A stretch of 63,804 nucleotides of DNA, filler included, from Octopus bimaculoides (GCF_001194135.2; 5 parts of 5 records of this genome joined end to end with filler, not necessarily neighbours in it); one strand, 5' to 3'; positions 23,812 through 37,780 are shown, counted from the whole stretch's first letter. Made by a program: numbers and translations. The notes: generated by a model from the letters alone, not told the origin.

Positions 23812-24469
23812 AAGAGACATCCGATTCGGCAATGACACCCCAGCCTCGCGCCATTTCTGCTGTACCAGTCAGTCTTTGCAACACTTGTCTGTGTTCGGAT
23901 TGTCCTTGCACAGGGGCCATCCTTTGCGCCACATGGGCTCAACTCTCCTCACCACTTCATCTAACCCTCCTCCCCTCTCCTCTCTTCCTCTCACACCTAC
24001 TTCCTCCCACCCACCTCTCCTCTCTTGCTCCGACTCCTACTTCTTCTCTTCACTCCTACCCACCCTTAACCCTCTCCCTTCAACCACCATACCACACAAT
24101 ACCACATTACATCACACCACCACGTACACACTAGCACTGACCACTTCCCAGCCCCACACCATCATCCACACACCTACACGTGCACACACGCACACGTCAA
24201 GGTCACCATCCCTCTTCCACACGCACATACATGCTCTCTTATACACACGCACGCGCACCTTCGTTTTGGGATCATCACTACTTTATTATCTCCCTTTCTT
24301 CCTCGCTCTCCTCTGTGACTCCTCTGATCCGGCATTCGCCATGGTAGATCGCTAGCCACTACACATTCTTTATTTTCTGTTCTTGTTTCTTTCTGTGGAA
24401 GAGCGCAGGCTCGAAACGTTAAAGACTTTTTCACTTCTCTAATACATCTGGGTTTTTTTTGTGAATTCT

Positions 24470-24470
<1 letters not shown>
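23812..24470 (+). mobile_element. Penelope-like element 3' end (GIY-YIG C-terminal part and pLTR)
   Basis: Broken translation RDIRFGNDTPASRHF...LQHLSVFGLSLHRGHP...APHGLN; pyrimidine-rich UTR, then an HHR-like motif and (TA)n. Confidence 0.75.
24388..24425 (+). ncRNA. Degenerate minimal hammerhead ribozyme in the Penelope pLTR
   Basis: TCTTT-CTGTGGA-A-GAGC gcag GCTC-GAAA-CG-TT-AAAGA: 5-bp stem I, 4-bp stem II, palindromic ACGT stem III; core has A6>T. Confidence 0.55.
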
Positions 24471-24513
<43 letters not shown>

Positions 24514-25209
24514 CAAAGAGGTACAGGTGTCAATTCATTACATCCGTTTCAAGTGGCTTTATTTAATTGATTAATGAAAATATTACATCAATAATGGAAA
24601 CCAAAATATTTACATTGTTTCCTTTTGTTACAACTGTAGCAGAATCAGTTTAGAAAATAATGCATACCTTCTTAAGGCTACTATAATTTAGAGAGTAGCA
24701 GAGGGAACAGTGGGTAGAAGACTTTACGTAGTATGCAGTCTTCAACCATTTAGAATTAAATCCATTGGGAGTTGTCAACTGTATTCTAGTTAACGGTAAT
24801 AAATCAATTAATGTCAGACAATCTACTAGACTCCCAATGTACTGGGACCATATATCTAGCTTTATCTACATAAAAGAGCAGGTTGCAAGGTTGGTAGTAA
24901 GAAAATGTTTGATGGGGAAAGGGTGATAACTGGAAGAAAGAAGGATAGGAGTGGCCAATACTTATTTAGATTATCAAATAAAGGTGTATATAATGAAAAA
25001 CCAAAAGAGATAAGTAATATAAAGAAAGTACCTTTATAAAAAGTACATGTTTGAATGACCTAGAGCGGATATCTTCCTTTAGCTGGGTTGCGTTGTCTAC
25101 ATACACGACAGGAATATTGGGTACAAATACCGCTACACGAAGTCTTGATATTCAATATTCAAATAATATTGTTGAGATGTGCAGGTTATACCGAACTAGC
25201 AAGGTGCTT

Positions 25210-25246
<37 letters not shown>

Positions 25247-25262
25247 GTAGTATATTGCCACT

Positions 25263-25491
25263 TAAGTGTGGCTGACCCCTAGGGGTGGATGTTACTGTTG
25301 CTTTTAGCCCCAGGAGGACATCTCCTCCAGCTGGCTTATCGACACACGACTGTGTCCTGTTTGCCAAGGGACGTTATCCCTCTCACCTCGATCAGCAGCA
25401 CGAACGTATCCGGATTTCAGGGTTATTTCCCTTCGTCGGCGTTCGACAGCTGATGACCTTGGTGAGAGAGACAAAAACCTGGCAAACTTAT
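25263..25491 (+). repeat. Probable interspersed repeat, unclassified
   Basis: GC-richer block (GTGGCTGACCCCTAGGGGTGGATG..GCCCCAGGAGGACATC) that resembles an octopus repeat from memory; no second copy in this window. Confidence 0.35.
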
Positions 25492-25591
25492 NNNNNNNNN
25501 NNNNNNNNNNNNNNNNNNNNNNNNNNNNNNNNNNNTTAATTAATTAANNNNNNNNNNNNNNNNNNNNNNNNNNNNNNNNNNNNNNNNNNNN

Positions 25592-25942
25592 GTGTGTTTG
25601 TAGTGGATGGAGGTGCTAAGGGCGGAGTGGAGGATACTGACCGAAATGTCGAGAAAGGGGACAGAGGTGTCAGAGACAGTACAGGAGAAGTGGAGGGCAG
25701 GATGGAAAGACTGAACGAAAGAGAGGAACGAGTCAAGATGTTAGCGGGAGAGTGAGGTGGCACCGATACAGTCGTCGATATACCGACCGTATAGTTCGGG
25801 AGTAGGACCAGTGAAACTGGAGAATATTTGGGCCTCAACATAACCAACGAAGAGGTTCGCGTAGTTGGGGCCCATTCTCGTCCCCATGGCCACTCCCGAA
25901 TAATGCTGGTAGATATCTCCCGCGAACGAGAAGCAGTTGACA
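25592..25942 (-). mobile_element. Penelope-like reverse transcriptase fragment
   Basis: CFSFAGDIY..GVAMGTRMGPNYANLFVGYVE..YGRYIDDCIGATSLSR: PLE RT motifs including YIDD. Confidence 0.9.
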
Positions 25943-26009
25943 TGCATGCATACATACATACATACATACATACATACATACATACATACATACATACATA
26001 CATACATAA

Positions 26010-27030
26010 GCCCAGAGAAGTCGCACGACACTACCGCAACATATGAAAGGATAAGCCTATATGAGAAGATATTTTAGTAGAAAGCTCCGAGATAATGGTA
26101 AGATCGATCAAAGCAGTTTATCAAGAAATAATAGCTGGATTACTACCTCCCACTTTGAAGGATATACGTTTGAAATCCAGGAAAAGGAAATATCAACCAA
26201 GTACCTGATGCACAAAATGAATAGAGATGCTGGAAAAGCAGTAAAATGCGACAACTGATGCAGACTTTGTGAAGTTAACACTGAAGATATCACCCACATC
26301 ATAAGGAGTTGTCCGAAAATGTCATAACGCTATTATCTTCCGGTGAGACATGATGTTGTAGCAAGGACACTCTATAATGAAATCCATCGGAGGGATAAGC
26401 CCGAGGACAAAGAAATAAGAACCCACAATATGGTAGAAGCTATAGCCACTCATAATAAAGAGGAGTACTGGTAGAATGCCCCAGTGAAGACCACTACAAA
26501 ATGTAAGCACAACAGACCTGGTGTAAAGATTTGGAACAGAGAAGATAAACTGCGCAGTTGTGGAAATTAGCTGCCCAGCAGATGTTAACATAAAGCTGAA
26601 AATCAGTGTAAAAGGGAACATCTATGCTGAACTATTGAGAAAGCTGCAGTTACTCTATCCAGATTACAAGCTCAGGTTTATAGTTGTAATTATCGGGGCC
26701 CTGGAATATGTAACAATCTTGAGAAATTATGCTACTCAAACCCAGAAAGGAGAAAGCTAATTCGAAGACTACATATCCAATCTATCATTGGGACTGTAAA
26801 GGTTTATCATTTAAATATATATGAAAGTTTATCATTTAAGTATATATGCAGGTGCATGCATGAGAATACATACATAAAGCAAAACAAACAAATCTTCACA
26901 TATACATACAAAAATATAAACAAAATTATCCTGTTGTTGATGTTGAAATTCCAATGAAGGAGCCTTGATTCTAGGTTAGAAACCGGCTCTTCCTCTATTG
27001 GAAAGAAACCGCGAAATAAAACTGAACAAT
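26010..27030 (+). mobile_element. R4/Dong-like (RLE) non-LTR retrotransposon 3' fragment
   Basis: SHFEGYTFEIQEKEISTKYL; C..C....E...HI...C zinc knuckle; RHDVVA; HNRPG..VVEISCPADVNI; IGALE motifs. The 3' UTR ends in AATAAAACTGAACAATGA + (TACA)n. Confidence 0.85.
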
Positions 27031-27247
27031 GATATACATACATATACACACATACATACAAAGATACATACATACATACACACATACATACATACATACA
27101 TACATACATACATNNNNNNNNNNTTGATTCTAGGTTAGAAACCGGCTCTTCCTCTATTGGAAAGAAACCGCGAAATAAAACTGAACAATGATATACATAC
27201 ATATACACACATACATACAAAGATACATACATACATACACACATACA

Positions 27248-27280
<33 letters not shown>

Positions 27281-27819
27281 GTATACACATGTATACATGC
27301 ATATTTCCATACAGTGGCAGACTTCCAAAAATTATCGCTCGTAGTTTTGTTAATGATGTCAGTAGTAAGTTTCCTAAAAGTCTTCTCATAACTGCAGTGA
27401 TATATAAGTGGATTCCAAATAGAGATATATTAAAGGATTTGTTTTTTTAAAAGAAAAACAGGGAAATAAATAAATAAATAAACAGCTATTTATGACATAC
27501 TTAAAATTTGGAAAATAAATACGTATTTTTATTGCTAAAAATCTCTGGATATATGCCAGTAAGACAAGCCAGTATTGGACGTTTGTGTATAGGGATGTTT
27601 CAGGCTTTTGCCTGTACTGCTAGAAATAGCTGCTAATCTCACTCATATCACAAAATGATGTCTTTCAAAGAGGAAAGGTTATATTGTATATTACGATTAT
27701 AGATATAAGAAGTCTGAAATATAGATAGTAGTCTCTAAGATTGGGTTTGGTCTGATGCTGAGCAAAAACCTCAATTACTCCGTTAATCCAAATATATAAT
27801 AGATTCAGCAATCCGAAAT

Positions 27820-28075
27820 ACAACTATTTCGGGAATGGATAAGTCAATTACATCGACCTCTGTACTCGATTGGTACTTATTTTATCGTCTCCGAAAGAAT
27901 GTATCGCGAAGTCGGCTCCGGCGGAATTTGAACGCAGAACGTAAAGACTAACGAAATATTGCTAAGCATATTGCTCGGCGTACTAATGATTCTGCCAGCT
28001 CGATGGCGTCTCTTGAGGTCTCTGGGTGAGACTTGGATCCAACTTGTACAAATGCAAAGCAAAAGTCAAACATAA

Positions 28076-28114
<39 letters not shown>

Positions 28115-28583
28115 CATAATAATAATAATAGTAATAATAATTCTTTCTACTGGAAGCACGAGGCCACAAATTTGTGGGAAGGAATTAAGTCAATTAGATC
28201 GACCCCAGTGTGTAACTGGTACTTATTTAATCACCCCGAAATGATGAAAGGCAAAGTCGACCTCGGCGGAATTCGAGCTCAGAACGTAATACCGCTAAGC
28301 ATTTCCTTCAGCGTGCTAACGATTCTGCCGGCTCGCCGCCTCATGCAATTCAAAATACTGGTTTCAAATTTTGACATATGGTCAGCAATTGCGGGGAGGG
28401 GTTAAGTTGATTACTTCGACCCCAGTGCGAAACTGGTACTTATATATATATACATATCGACCTCGAAAGGGATGAATGGCTAAGTCGACCCCGGCGGTAT
28501 TTGAATTCAGAACTTATCGACGGACGAAATATCACTAAGCATTTCACCCGGCGTGCAAGCAATTCTGCTAGCTTGCAGCCTTA
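27820..28583 (-). mobile_element. Three tandem SINE-A copies with an intervening (TAA)n tract
   Basis: Copies at about 27820-28005, 28140-28343 and 28355-28583; (TAA)n at 28076-28140 continues the tail of the middle copy. Confidence 0.85.
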
Positions 28584-28899
28584 TGCAATCCAAAATATCA
28601 AATGCCACATATTTTTGCTTCGTTTGTTTGCTTGATAGATTTTCATGATTAACGAAAACTGCTCTGCCATTTGCTGAAGCCGAAGCAAAGACTAATAGAC
28701 GTATAAAAAACAAACATTTGTTTCCGCTAATTCTATAAAAATATGAAAAAGGATAAACTGCGAAAGGAGTTCGTTAGCAGAACTCTCTGTCTCATTCCTT
28801 TAATCTCAGTCGGTGAGTTCCGAGTTCAAATCTCACTCTAGTCAGTTTTGCTTTTTATTGTAAGATATGTGAATACATATTATTGTTCAGGTACTGCAT

Positions 28900-29084
28900 G
28901 GATTTTTCCTTTTTTTATTTCTTTCTTTCTTCCTTCTTTCCGTCCTACCTTTCTTCCTCCCTCTCTTTCTTTCGTTCTTTATTCATTTATTCTCCTCTTC
29001 CTCCTTTTTAGCTCCTCCTCTTTCTCCTTTTTCTTCTTCTTCTCCTTCTTCGGTTTACCTCATCCTCTTTCTTTTTCTTTTTCT

Positions 29085-29131
<47 letters not shown>

Positions 29132-29200
29132 TTCTTCTTCTTCTTCTTCTTCTTCGTCTTCTCCTTCTTCTTCTTTCTCACCCACCAACTCCACTCTGTC
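28900..29200. repeat. Pyrimidine-rich tract with (TTC)n microsatellite
   Basis: Read directly from the sequence. Confidence 0.9.
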
Positions 29201-29699
29201 TCTTTCCCAAAACAGCTAAGAAGCTATTTTGAAAGAGTGTTGTGGGAGAAAGCTCAAAGTGTGTTCTTTACTTCAGAAATGGAAGACAATTGTGTTACCA
29301 GCCAACAAAATCTTCTCATCTAACATAGCAACACGGTTATTCATTATCACATGTGCATGAACGCTGCTGTTGTTTTTTTTTTGCTGCTAAGCATATTGTT
29401 CAAATTGATGAAATTGTCAATTTTTACTTCATGGAATATCATTATATATTTTCCTGAACAATGCTTGGGATTAGCTGTAATATTAAATTTATTCTATTTG
29501 TTTTCTGTAGGTTGTATCCATTTTCACTTTTGTTGAAGAGGCGTTTCTCTGCCGAAAATCCATCTTGTGTTGGATTTAAAGAGAAGAGAAAAATACAATT
29601 ACGTTTAAAATTTTACGACGTTCCATTTCCATATATATATATATATATATGAGGATGACGGCGTCCAATGCCTTCCAGGAGTTTACCTGTAACATATCC

Positions 29700-30535
29700 T
29701 GAAAGAGTTATTTTCCAACTCGTATTACTTTCTATGCACTCCAAGATACTCGGGTAAGATCTTGGTAAGATAAATGCAATCGTAGAAAAACGGATGGTGA
29801 GAGTAAGACACAGGATCGAGCGACAAAGAAAACATAGATATTAAAGATGGCCGGTAGTTAGCGAAGAGATAAGCTAACAAAAAGCAAAGCAGTGTCAGGT
29901 AAATATACAGATGCCAGCAGACAAGAAACCAGTAGGAGCAGAATAGGCTCTTCAGATATAATGTCGAGAAATTCTGCAGGAACGGCAGTAGAGTAGTATA
30001 CCACAAGCTGAAGTAGTAAGCACTTTTGTTCAGGAAAATAAGAGCAAAGAAGTTCGACATAATATAAAAGAGGACGAAACAAGAAAATATAAGTATTACG
30101 GATAACATGCGAACGAGGTGATTAAGAAATACCAAATGGTAAAGCCCCGAGGTCAGAGATTCTTGTACAAATTTCTCTCAAGTATACACAGCCATATACA
30201 ACTTTGTCTTATTGCCTGCATAGAAAATGTAACGCCAATATGGATGACAAAAGAATTGAGTGCTGATACAGCAGGACAAAGAGAAGAAAAGAGAAGTCTC
30301 TAATTATACACCTATTAGATACTTACCATTTTTAAACGGCTTCATAGCAGATAAAACATATACCTCCCTGAAGAATGAGAATTATCGCCAGATAAGCAAA
30401 AAGGATACAGGAGGATGTCAAAGAGAACTGATGATTTGTTGTATATTGATAGTAAGATACTAAAAAAGGTACGAGTGAAAAGGTTTTAGAATTTGGATGG
30501 ATAAACTACAAGAAGGCTTACAAAAATATTCCACT
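29700..30535 (+). mobile_element. Decayed R4/Dong-like RT N-terminal fragment
   Basis: Broken translation PIWMTK..VLIQQDKEKKREVSNYTPIRYLP..QKGY..DDLLYIDSKIL..GWINYKKAY, matching YRPITCLP / WIDYKKAYD motifs. Confidence 0.75.
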
Positions 30536-30599
30536 ACGTTAGTTATTGTAGTGGCTGAGGATGATCGAGATCAATGAGAAGTTAAACACTTTTCTGGAA

Positions 30600-30692
30600 C
30601 ATACTTGGTCAAGATACCACGGTAGTGGGACTGAACCTAAAGCCATATGTATGGGAAGCAAGCTTCTTACTACACAGCCACGCCTGCACTTA
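30600..30692 (-). mobile_element. SINE family B head
   Basis: Minus strand GCAGGCGTGGCTGTGTAGTAAGAAGCTTGCTTCCC...GGTTCAGTCCCACT. Confidence 0.75.
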
Positions 30693-31529
30693 TAACAGAG
30701 CATAAATAAATTTAAATATCGTAAAGACATGCTGCGGGCTAAATAAGAACGTAAGCATTTTCAATCGATAGTATCGATGTGCTGAAAAACGAGAGGTCCG
30801 GGGGTCTCTTCATGGATTGTGTCACTGTTAGTTGAGGCTTCTCTCTTATAATTTTCTACACATCAATACTATACAAAAAATATGTGCAGCTTCTTAATTA
30901 ATCAGTAGAAAGGCTTTATAATGCTTAAATATATTTGATATGGTTTACGTTGCTTTGTTTATAAATTAATAGAGATACTAAAGTAAAGCAAATAACTTGG
31001 TGAAAATTATACATAACACTATCGAAACAAGCAGAACAAAATACACTGCCACAATAAGAGTATATTTACATTAAGCAGAATCAAATACATTCTTCAACGT
31101 ATTTCTTTGAATTAACATTGTGGAGAATATTGAGTGCGGAAAATTTAACGGAATTAAAGGAAACGACAAACAATAGAGTGAAAAACCAAACTGTAATATA
31201 GTCGCTTAACATGGATATACACAGATAGATGTCCAAGCCAAAACCAAAGAAGTAGCTCTGCAGAAGAATATATAGGATGGGTACCAAGATATACCAAGTC
31301 ATCAGAAAACGGTAATAATATAAATAATCGTTATTCCCGTGTATAGCAAAATGCGATACAATGATTTGTATATTTTTGTTGATAAGTTCCGGTAGATTCA
31401 AATGTAAATATGCCACTTGCTCTTATGTAAGACACAAGAGAATAACTCCTAACTTTTACGACGGTAATGTGCTTATAACACACTCGGGTCATTAGCTTAA
31501 GAAATCGATGTGTCGACATGTTGTGTCTT

Positions 31530-32350
31530 ATCAGCCAGAAGGACTTGAATATTTGAACGTAAACAAGCCACTGACTTTGTTCATAAATTCAGCGAATATG
31601 TATAATAATACCATCCTGAAAAGGGAAGGAAAACGATTAAACAAATCACATGTGTAAAGTTATAGATGCGACAAAGAGCGTGGACACATTCTTTCTGGAG
31701 AGCAAGGTATTTGAAACAGCTCTCAAATAATTTCTCAAAGACGTTATGAATTAGAAATTAGAAAAAAAAAACCCTTAAAAATCAAGAAGCTAAATGGCAC
31801 AATATCATGAAATGTGGATTAAGCATATTGGGAAGAAATATGGAATAAAACAATGAGTCAAAAAACACAATGGTTGAAAAGGGATATGAAAAATGCAATA
31901 AAACCGAAAGAATGGCTCAGCCTAACTAGCAATGAATTCAGTAATACGAAAAACACAGCAAGAAAGAGCAAATTCTTCGGGATTAACGAAGTTATCAATT
32001 TCTTGCTGAAACACCTAATCAATATTCTTTAATAGTTGGCAATTGCAATCAATGAATTAGTAAAATACCACAAGTAACATCGCAATGTTTTTTTGGATTT
32101 GTTCTTGCATTTTTAGTTGGGAATCAATGTTGATTGAGAAAACCCAAAACACCAGAGATCGCCAAAACAAGGGATTTATAAATTGTTTGGATAAAATATA
32201 GGCAATACTTATGTATATATCTTATAACAAACAGGTAATGTACTTGATAGGCAACAATGTCTCAGCGGATGAGCAAGAATTGTGATGAATGGATGAATGG
32301 ATCGGACGTTTTCAAAGAAAGAAGAAAGACAGAGAAAGATATCGAGATGC

Positions 32351-32427
<77 letters not shown>

Positions 32428-32480
32428 GAGCGACCGCAGCATGGTATGGATTGATCGCAAAATTACATGGGCTAATTGCA
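31530..32480 (+). mobile_element. Heavily decayed R4/Dong-like RT region, interrupted by (GA)n at 32362-32430
   Basis: Remnants YWEEIW, NFLLKHL and SMVWIDRK (WIDYKK-like), collinear with the 29700 copy. Confidence 0.5.
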
Positions 32481-33233
32481 AAAGACCATTCGCTCGGGCA
32501 CTACGAAATTGAATATCTAAGATACTGCATATTAGCAAGTATTTGCAAAACGAGGACAGAACATCATAATCAGGTTGAAAAGGAACGCAATCGTATCGCT
32601 GTAGAAGAAAAATGTTAAAACCAATCCACTTTATCATTAGAAGTGACATGCGAAAAGACTCCTATTTCTATTACTATTCTGCCAATATTTCGCCTTGTTG
32701 GTAAAATTGTAGAATTAAACCAACCAGTTTTTATCAACAGTAACGATAAGTTATAAACAGTAACATTTATATGGGAGACTTCAATTATTTACAAAGGACA
32801 ATGCCCAACTGAAAACAGTATTTAATTTTCTTCATGAATTCAAGTGGGCTATAGAAGCAAATTTTAGGTTAGTAAACTAAACCATTGCTACACGTATGAT
32901 TTTCTTGCCAACTTTGTCTAATTGAATCTTTTTAAATCCATAATTTGGGGCTTGTCCTTATTTCAGTCTAACTGTTTCCATTGTTTTAGGAGACGGATTT
33001 CTTTATTCTAATTATCAAATTCACTTTCATGTAAGAATGATTAAAATAAAATACTAGTCAAGTACACAATTCCGTAGGATAGAGCGCATCTCCACAAAAT
33101 TTCAAACCTGCTGGTAATGGCAGAAACGTCATCCTTGACATATTTTCTAGGTGGTTGATAATAGCGTCAGTGGCAGCAACTAAACTCTACCCTCAAAAGT
33201 GCTGCATTTCAGCAGAAATTCGAAGAAGTCATG

Positions 33234-33450
<217 letters not shown>

Positions 33451-33452
<2 letters not shown>

Positions 33453-33690
33453 AGGCGGCAAGCTGCCAGAATCGTTAGCACGCAGGGCGAAATGCTTAAC
33501 GGTATTTCGTCTGCCTTTACGTTCTGAGTTCAAATTCTGTCGAGGTCGAATTTGCCTTTCATCCTTTCGGGGTCAATAAATTAAGTACCAGTCACGGACT
33601 GGGGTCAATGTAATCAACTTAATACCTTTGTCTATCCTTGTTTGTCCCCTCTATGTTTAACCCCTTTTCGGCAATAAAGAAATAAGAATT
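33451..33690 (+). mobile_element. SINE family A (tail type 1) directly after the (TTA)n tract
   Basis: TAAGGCGGCAAGCTGCCAGAATCG head; tail GTCCCCTCTATGTTTAACCCC..GCAATAAAGAAATAAG. Confidence 0.9.
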
Positions 33691-34484
33691 ATTTTTCTCT
33701 ATCGTAGGACTATACATTGGCATAATCGTTAGATCCTCTGTCACAATGCCTTTCGTAACTTCCTCCCGCTCATTATATTGGCAGATCAAATCCTATCATA
33801 GGGAACTTTTCATTTTATGCTTCAGGAATCGATAAAACTAGTACAACTCGCTGGCTCATTTTTAATTTAGCTATCATCCTTCCTCTCAAATTGTTGATTT
33901 TATGTTTCAATTTAAAATAATTATAAGGAGTTCGATTACCAGAATCGATACAATATCAGATATAATGTCTTAAGATATAGAGTTATGTCCATGAGAAGTC
34001 ACTTTACATTTCCTTCTGACCATTTTGCTATAGAAAAAATAAAGTACCAGTAATTACAGAGATCGATATAAGCAAAAAATCTGTCCTCAAATTTCTGGAT
34101 CGTTTTAAACTAGCAAATATTTCATCTGACTTAACCATTCTCTTTTTTAAAGTTTTTTTTTATTGATTAAATAAACTTTTATCAACTTAATTAAAAGCAA
34201 ATATGATATATTCTATAAGCAACGTTAGAAACACATATCAATAGAAATACATACCAAATTCTTATTATTGTTGTACCTACTCTTATTTTCTTTTTTTTAT
34301 ATCATCGATTTGTGAGTCTGCGTGTGTGTGTGTGTNNNNNNNNNNNNNNNNNNNNNNNNNNNNNNNNNNNNNNNNNNNNNNNNNNNNNNNNNNNNNNNNN
34401 NNNNNNNNNNNNNNNNNNNNNNNNNNNNNNNNNNNNNNNNNNNNNNNNNNNNNNNNNNNNNNNNNNNNNNTATTAGTATTTATA

Positions 34485-34520
<36 letters not shown>

Positions 34521-37094
34521 TGTATGCATGTATGTATGTGTGTCTGTGTGTGCGTGTGTGTAATCATATATTTAATAGAGAAAATAGAATACGAGTTATA
34601 AACGTGAAACGGCAGACTGTCTCCAATCTACTAACAATAGCTATATCCGTTACTGAAAGCTCTAATTGTAGTAGTTTAGGAATATGATTTGTGAATGGAA
34701 TTAATGCTTTATATAGAAGTAACGAATTATGTCTTTAAATAGCTTATTGTACACATTAAACAACGTTTTGTTACTATAATTATGAAAAGTTTCTAAAGGA
34801 ATGTGATTTCGAAGCTAGGTTAAATATGCTCACGCACCTGCAGCTATACGGTGACGTTACACGGATACATAAAAGAATTCTTGTGTATGGGACAATAGAA
34901 ATGACTTCAGGTCAGCGTCCAAGGGATTTTCGCTGAAAAATTATTAGACTAGTGTTGTTTACCTCTTTCATGACGCATCCTTTGTGTGTGACGTACGTCA
35001 AATTTGATTGCACTCTCCGCTTTTGTTTTCTGTCTTGTCTTCAACAATACTTGCCGATGGGGACACTATCATTTATATGGTCACTTTGAGACTGATATTG
35101 TATCGTTTCTTTTCATTAATAAGCCGCATACAACGTGGGGGAATTAAGAGCCAATCTGTGTAGATACGCTGAAGGCTTGCCATGGCTCAGACTCATTGAC
35201 ACCATAATCGATCACAGAGCTTCTGGAAAGGGATGTGTACATATCGATGCTACAATCATTGACCTTATGTACAAGAAAGCTATTAAATAAGCACTTACAT
35301 TTCTCTCTGGCTGATTTATGAGCTGTCAACTACGGTTATAAAACCTAATACCCGCCTCGCTTAATACATTCCCTTCTATATTATACAGAGCACAACACAT
35401 TGAATTCATCCTTACTCTCTCATATCACTAGAACTTGATATATAAAATACAAATTTAAGTTCATGAAAGGCGGAACCATTGCAAACATTTCCGGTCGAAA
35501 GAAATAAAATGACATCAACAACCAGTTCAGCTTAGTCTTAAAGCTTACAAGCAAAACGTGCCAGGCAGTATCTGCATAATTATATCAATCATGTGCCTAC
35601 TAGAGTAGGGAAGGTTCGTACATATGCATTCATTAATCAGTAAATAGAATTAAACAAAGCTATAGCGCCTGATTTGATGTCTATTATGGGTACAAATAAC
35701 GGCACTCGATATGAGTAAAAACATTGCCGTTTTATTGTCTTGCAACCAATTTGTCGGTAGTGATAAAGTACAAGAAGAGACTTCATAATGCTGACCTAAA
35801 ACTATGTAGAGATTTCAAAGATACGTGAAAGCGAACAAAATGATGTCGAAAATTAACAAATTATCGACCAGGTAGCGTATTTGTCAAGCATATTCATAAT
35901 GATCGTAAATGTTCGCCATCAGAATATAAAACCCTTTATATTTAATGCAACAGAAACACCAGATTCAATCAGATAGCAGAGGGAATATCATGCCAGAACG
36001 GAGATTAAAGCTGATTAGACAGAGTATAAAATTCTCTAGAACAGAGGGATATTTTAAAATTCAATTTCCACAACTTCAAGGAAAGGTTTAAAGAGCCTCT
36101 TGCAACAGTTATAGAATATGTCCTGCGTCCATATTGGTTAGAATTTAACGATATAGAAAAGTGTACTGATAGTCTTTTCTAGATCTTTAATCTAATAATT
36201 CTAACGAATTTATATCAGTTGACAGAGGAACGATTGTAAGATATTTCCATAACCAATTGCTCAATACAAAAGCTTGTATTCAGGAAATGGTTATTGAAAA
36301 GTTATATTTACTCAAGCATCGCATAGATTAAAGTAGATCCAATATTTGCATCTTAAATTTAATCAGTCTCTTCAAAGCTATTCAAAATGAATGCAGATCG
36401 ATGGTTGCGTACTTTGAAAGGGACAGAATATATAAAAGTATAAAGATGGACAAAGCTATACTCATATGCATATATTAAGCTTTCTATAAAATAGAAAGTT
36501 TTGTAATATGTCAATTGAAATTACAATGAAGGGTTCACAGATACCTTTGATCACAACCGTTAACCATGGCTTGAATGCACGTTTTAGAACATTCCAGATG
36601 CTACTGTGATGTTTTAATATTATTTTATTGAAACGTTCCTGGATGGTTTAACGAGGTTTTCTCTTATGGTATTTTATTAAGCGTACACACCATGAGAAAC
36701 ATAGCATCACAATTTATACATTACATAGTGTTTAGTATAAAGATCATATTCTAAAAAAAAAATTAAATATATTACCTATAGATAAGTTCTCTTTATAAAC
36801 AGATATTCAGTCAGTTGCAAGAATAGCTGAAAATACGTAACTGAAAGCTGCCAAAGAGCAGCTGTAAGAATACGTACGATGTGTTAGATAAATGTTACCT
36901 ACTTAAATTGATTACTACATATGTTATATAAACTAAAAAGGCATAACAAAAGCTATATATTAGTATAAGTACTTCTTAATTCAAAGTTTGTCTTTCATGC
37001 AATGATTATCGTTCATGCAATGTGCAGGTCACCAATGAAAAGTGATAACTGTCAGAATGAAAGAGAGCCAAATATATAAGATGAGTGACTAGAA

Positions 37095-37259
37095 ATACAT
37101 TGGCTTAAAATTTTGGCTGAGCGCCAGCAATTTTGGGGGAGGGGTAAGTCAATTACATCGACCCCACTGGTACCTCTTTTATGGACCTCGAAAGGATGAA
37201 AGACAAAATCGACCTCGATGGGATTTCAACTCAGAACGTAAAGAAGGACAAAATGCTGT

Positions 37260-37338
<79 letters not shown>
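37095..37338 (-). mobile_element. SINE family A copy, head replaced by (CT)n at 37261-37338
   Basis: Tail and central block are recognisable. Confidence 0.8.
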
Positions 37339-37340
<2 letters not shown>

Positions 37341-37780
37341 CCAAACCACCAAGTTAAAGGGACGTGTAAAAACTAACACACACACGCACACACACACATA
37401 TATACATAAGAGCTGGTGAAGCCTAACCCACAAGAAAAGATGCACAGACATGCATACATACTTATAAAAATATATTTGTGGAGGGACTGTTTTCGACAAG
37501 CTACTACATGGTTTACATTTAACAAATTTACTCCCAAGGCAGTGCTCAGCCAGGGACTTAGCAGAAAAGACATGCCTGAGATGCCGCACAGTGGAGCTGA
37601 AATTAATAAAAAGAAAATTTCAATTAATTTTACTGGAATATTTACATTCATCTGACGTCAATGATGACGAGGCACTGTGTTAGTTGTTAGTTTTCTAGAT
37701 TCGCAATTAATGAGGAGCTTAGCGTTTCTATACAGACAGTCGAAGCGTTAGATCCGATGTTACGATATTTATCATTTAGC

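Noticed and set aside
25536-25547. TTAATTAATTAA islands inside N runs (also 52367-52378, 55999-56010, 61091-61102)
   Set aside because: Each is centred in a 44N+12+44N 100-bp block and has stops in all six frames, so it is an assembly gap spacer, not biology.
26965-27270. Direct duplication of the R4-like 3' UTR and microsatellite across a 10-N gap (similar case at 44750-44880)
   Set aside because: Identical sequence either side of a tiny gap is typical of unmerged contig overlap.
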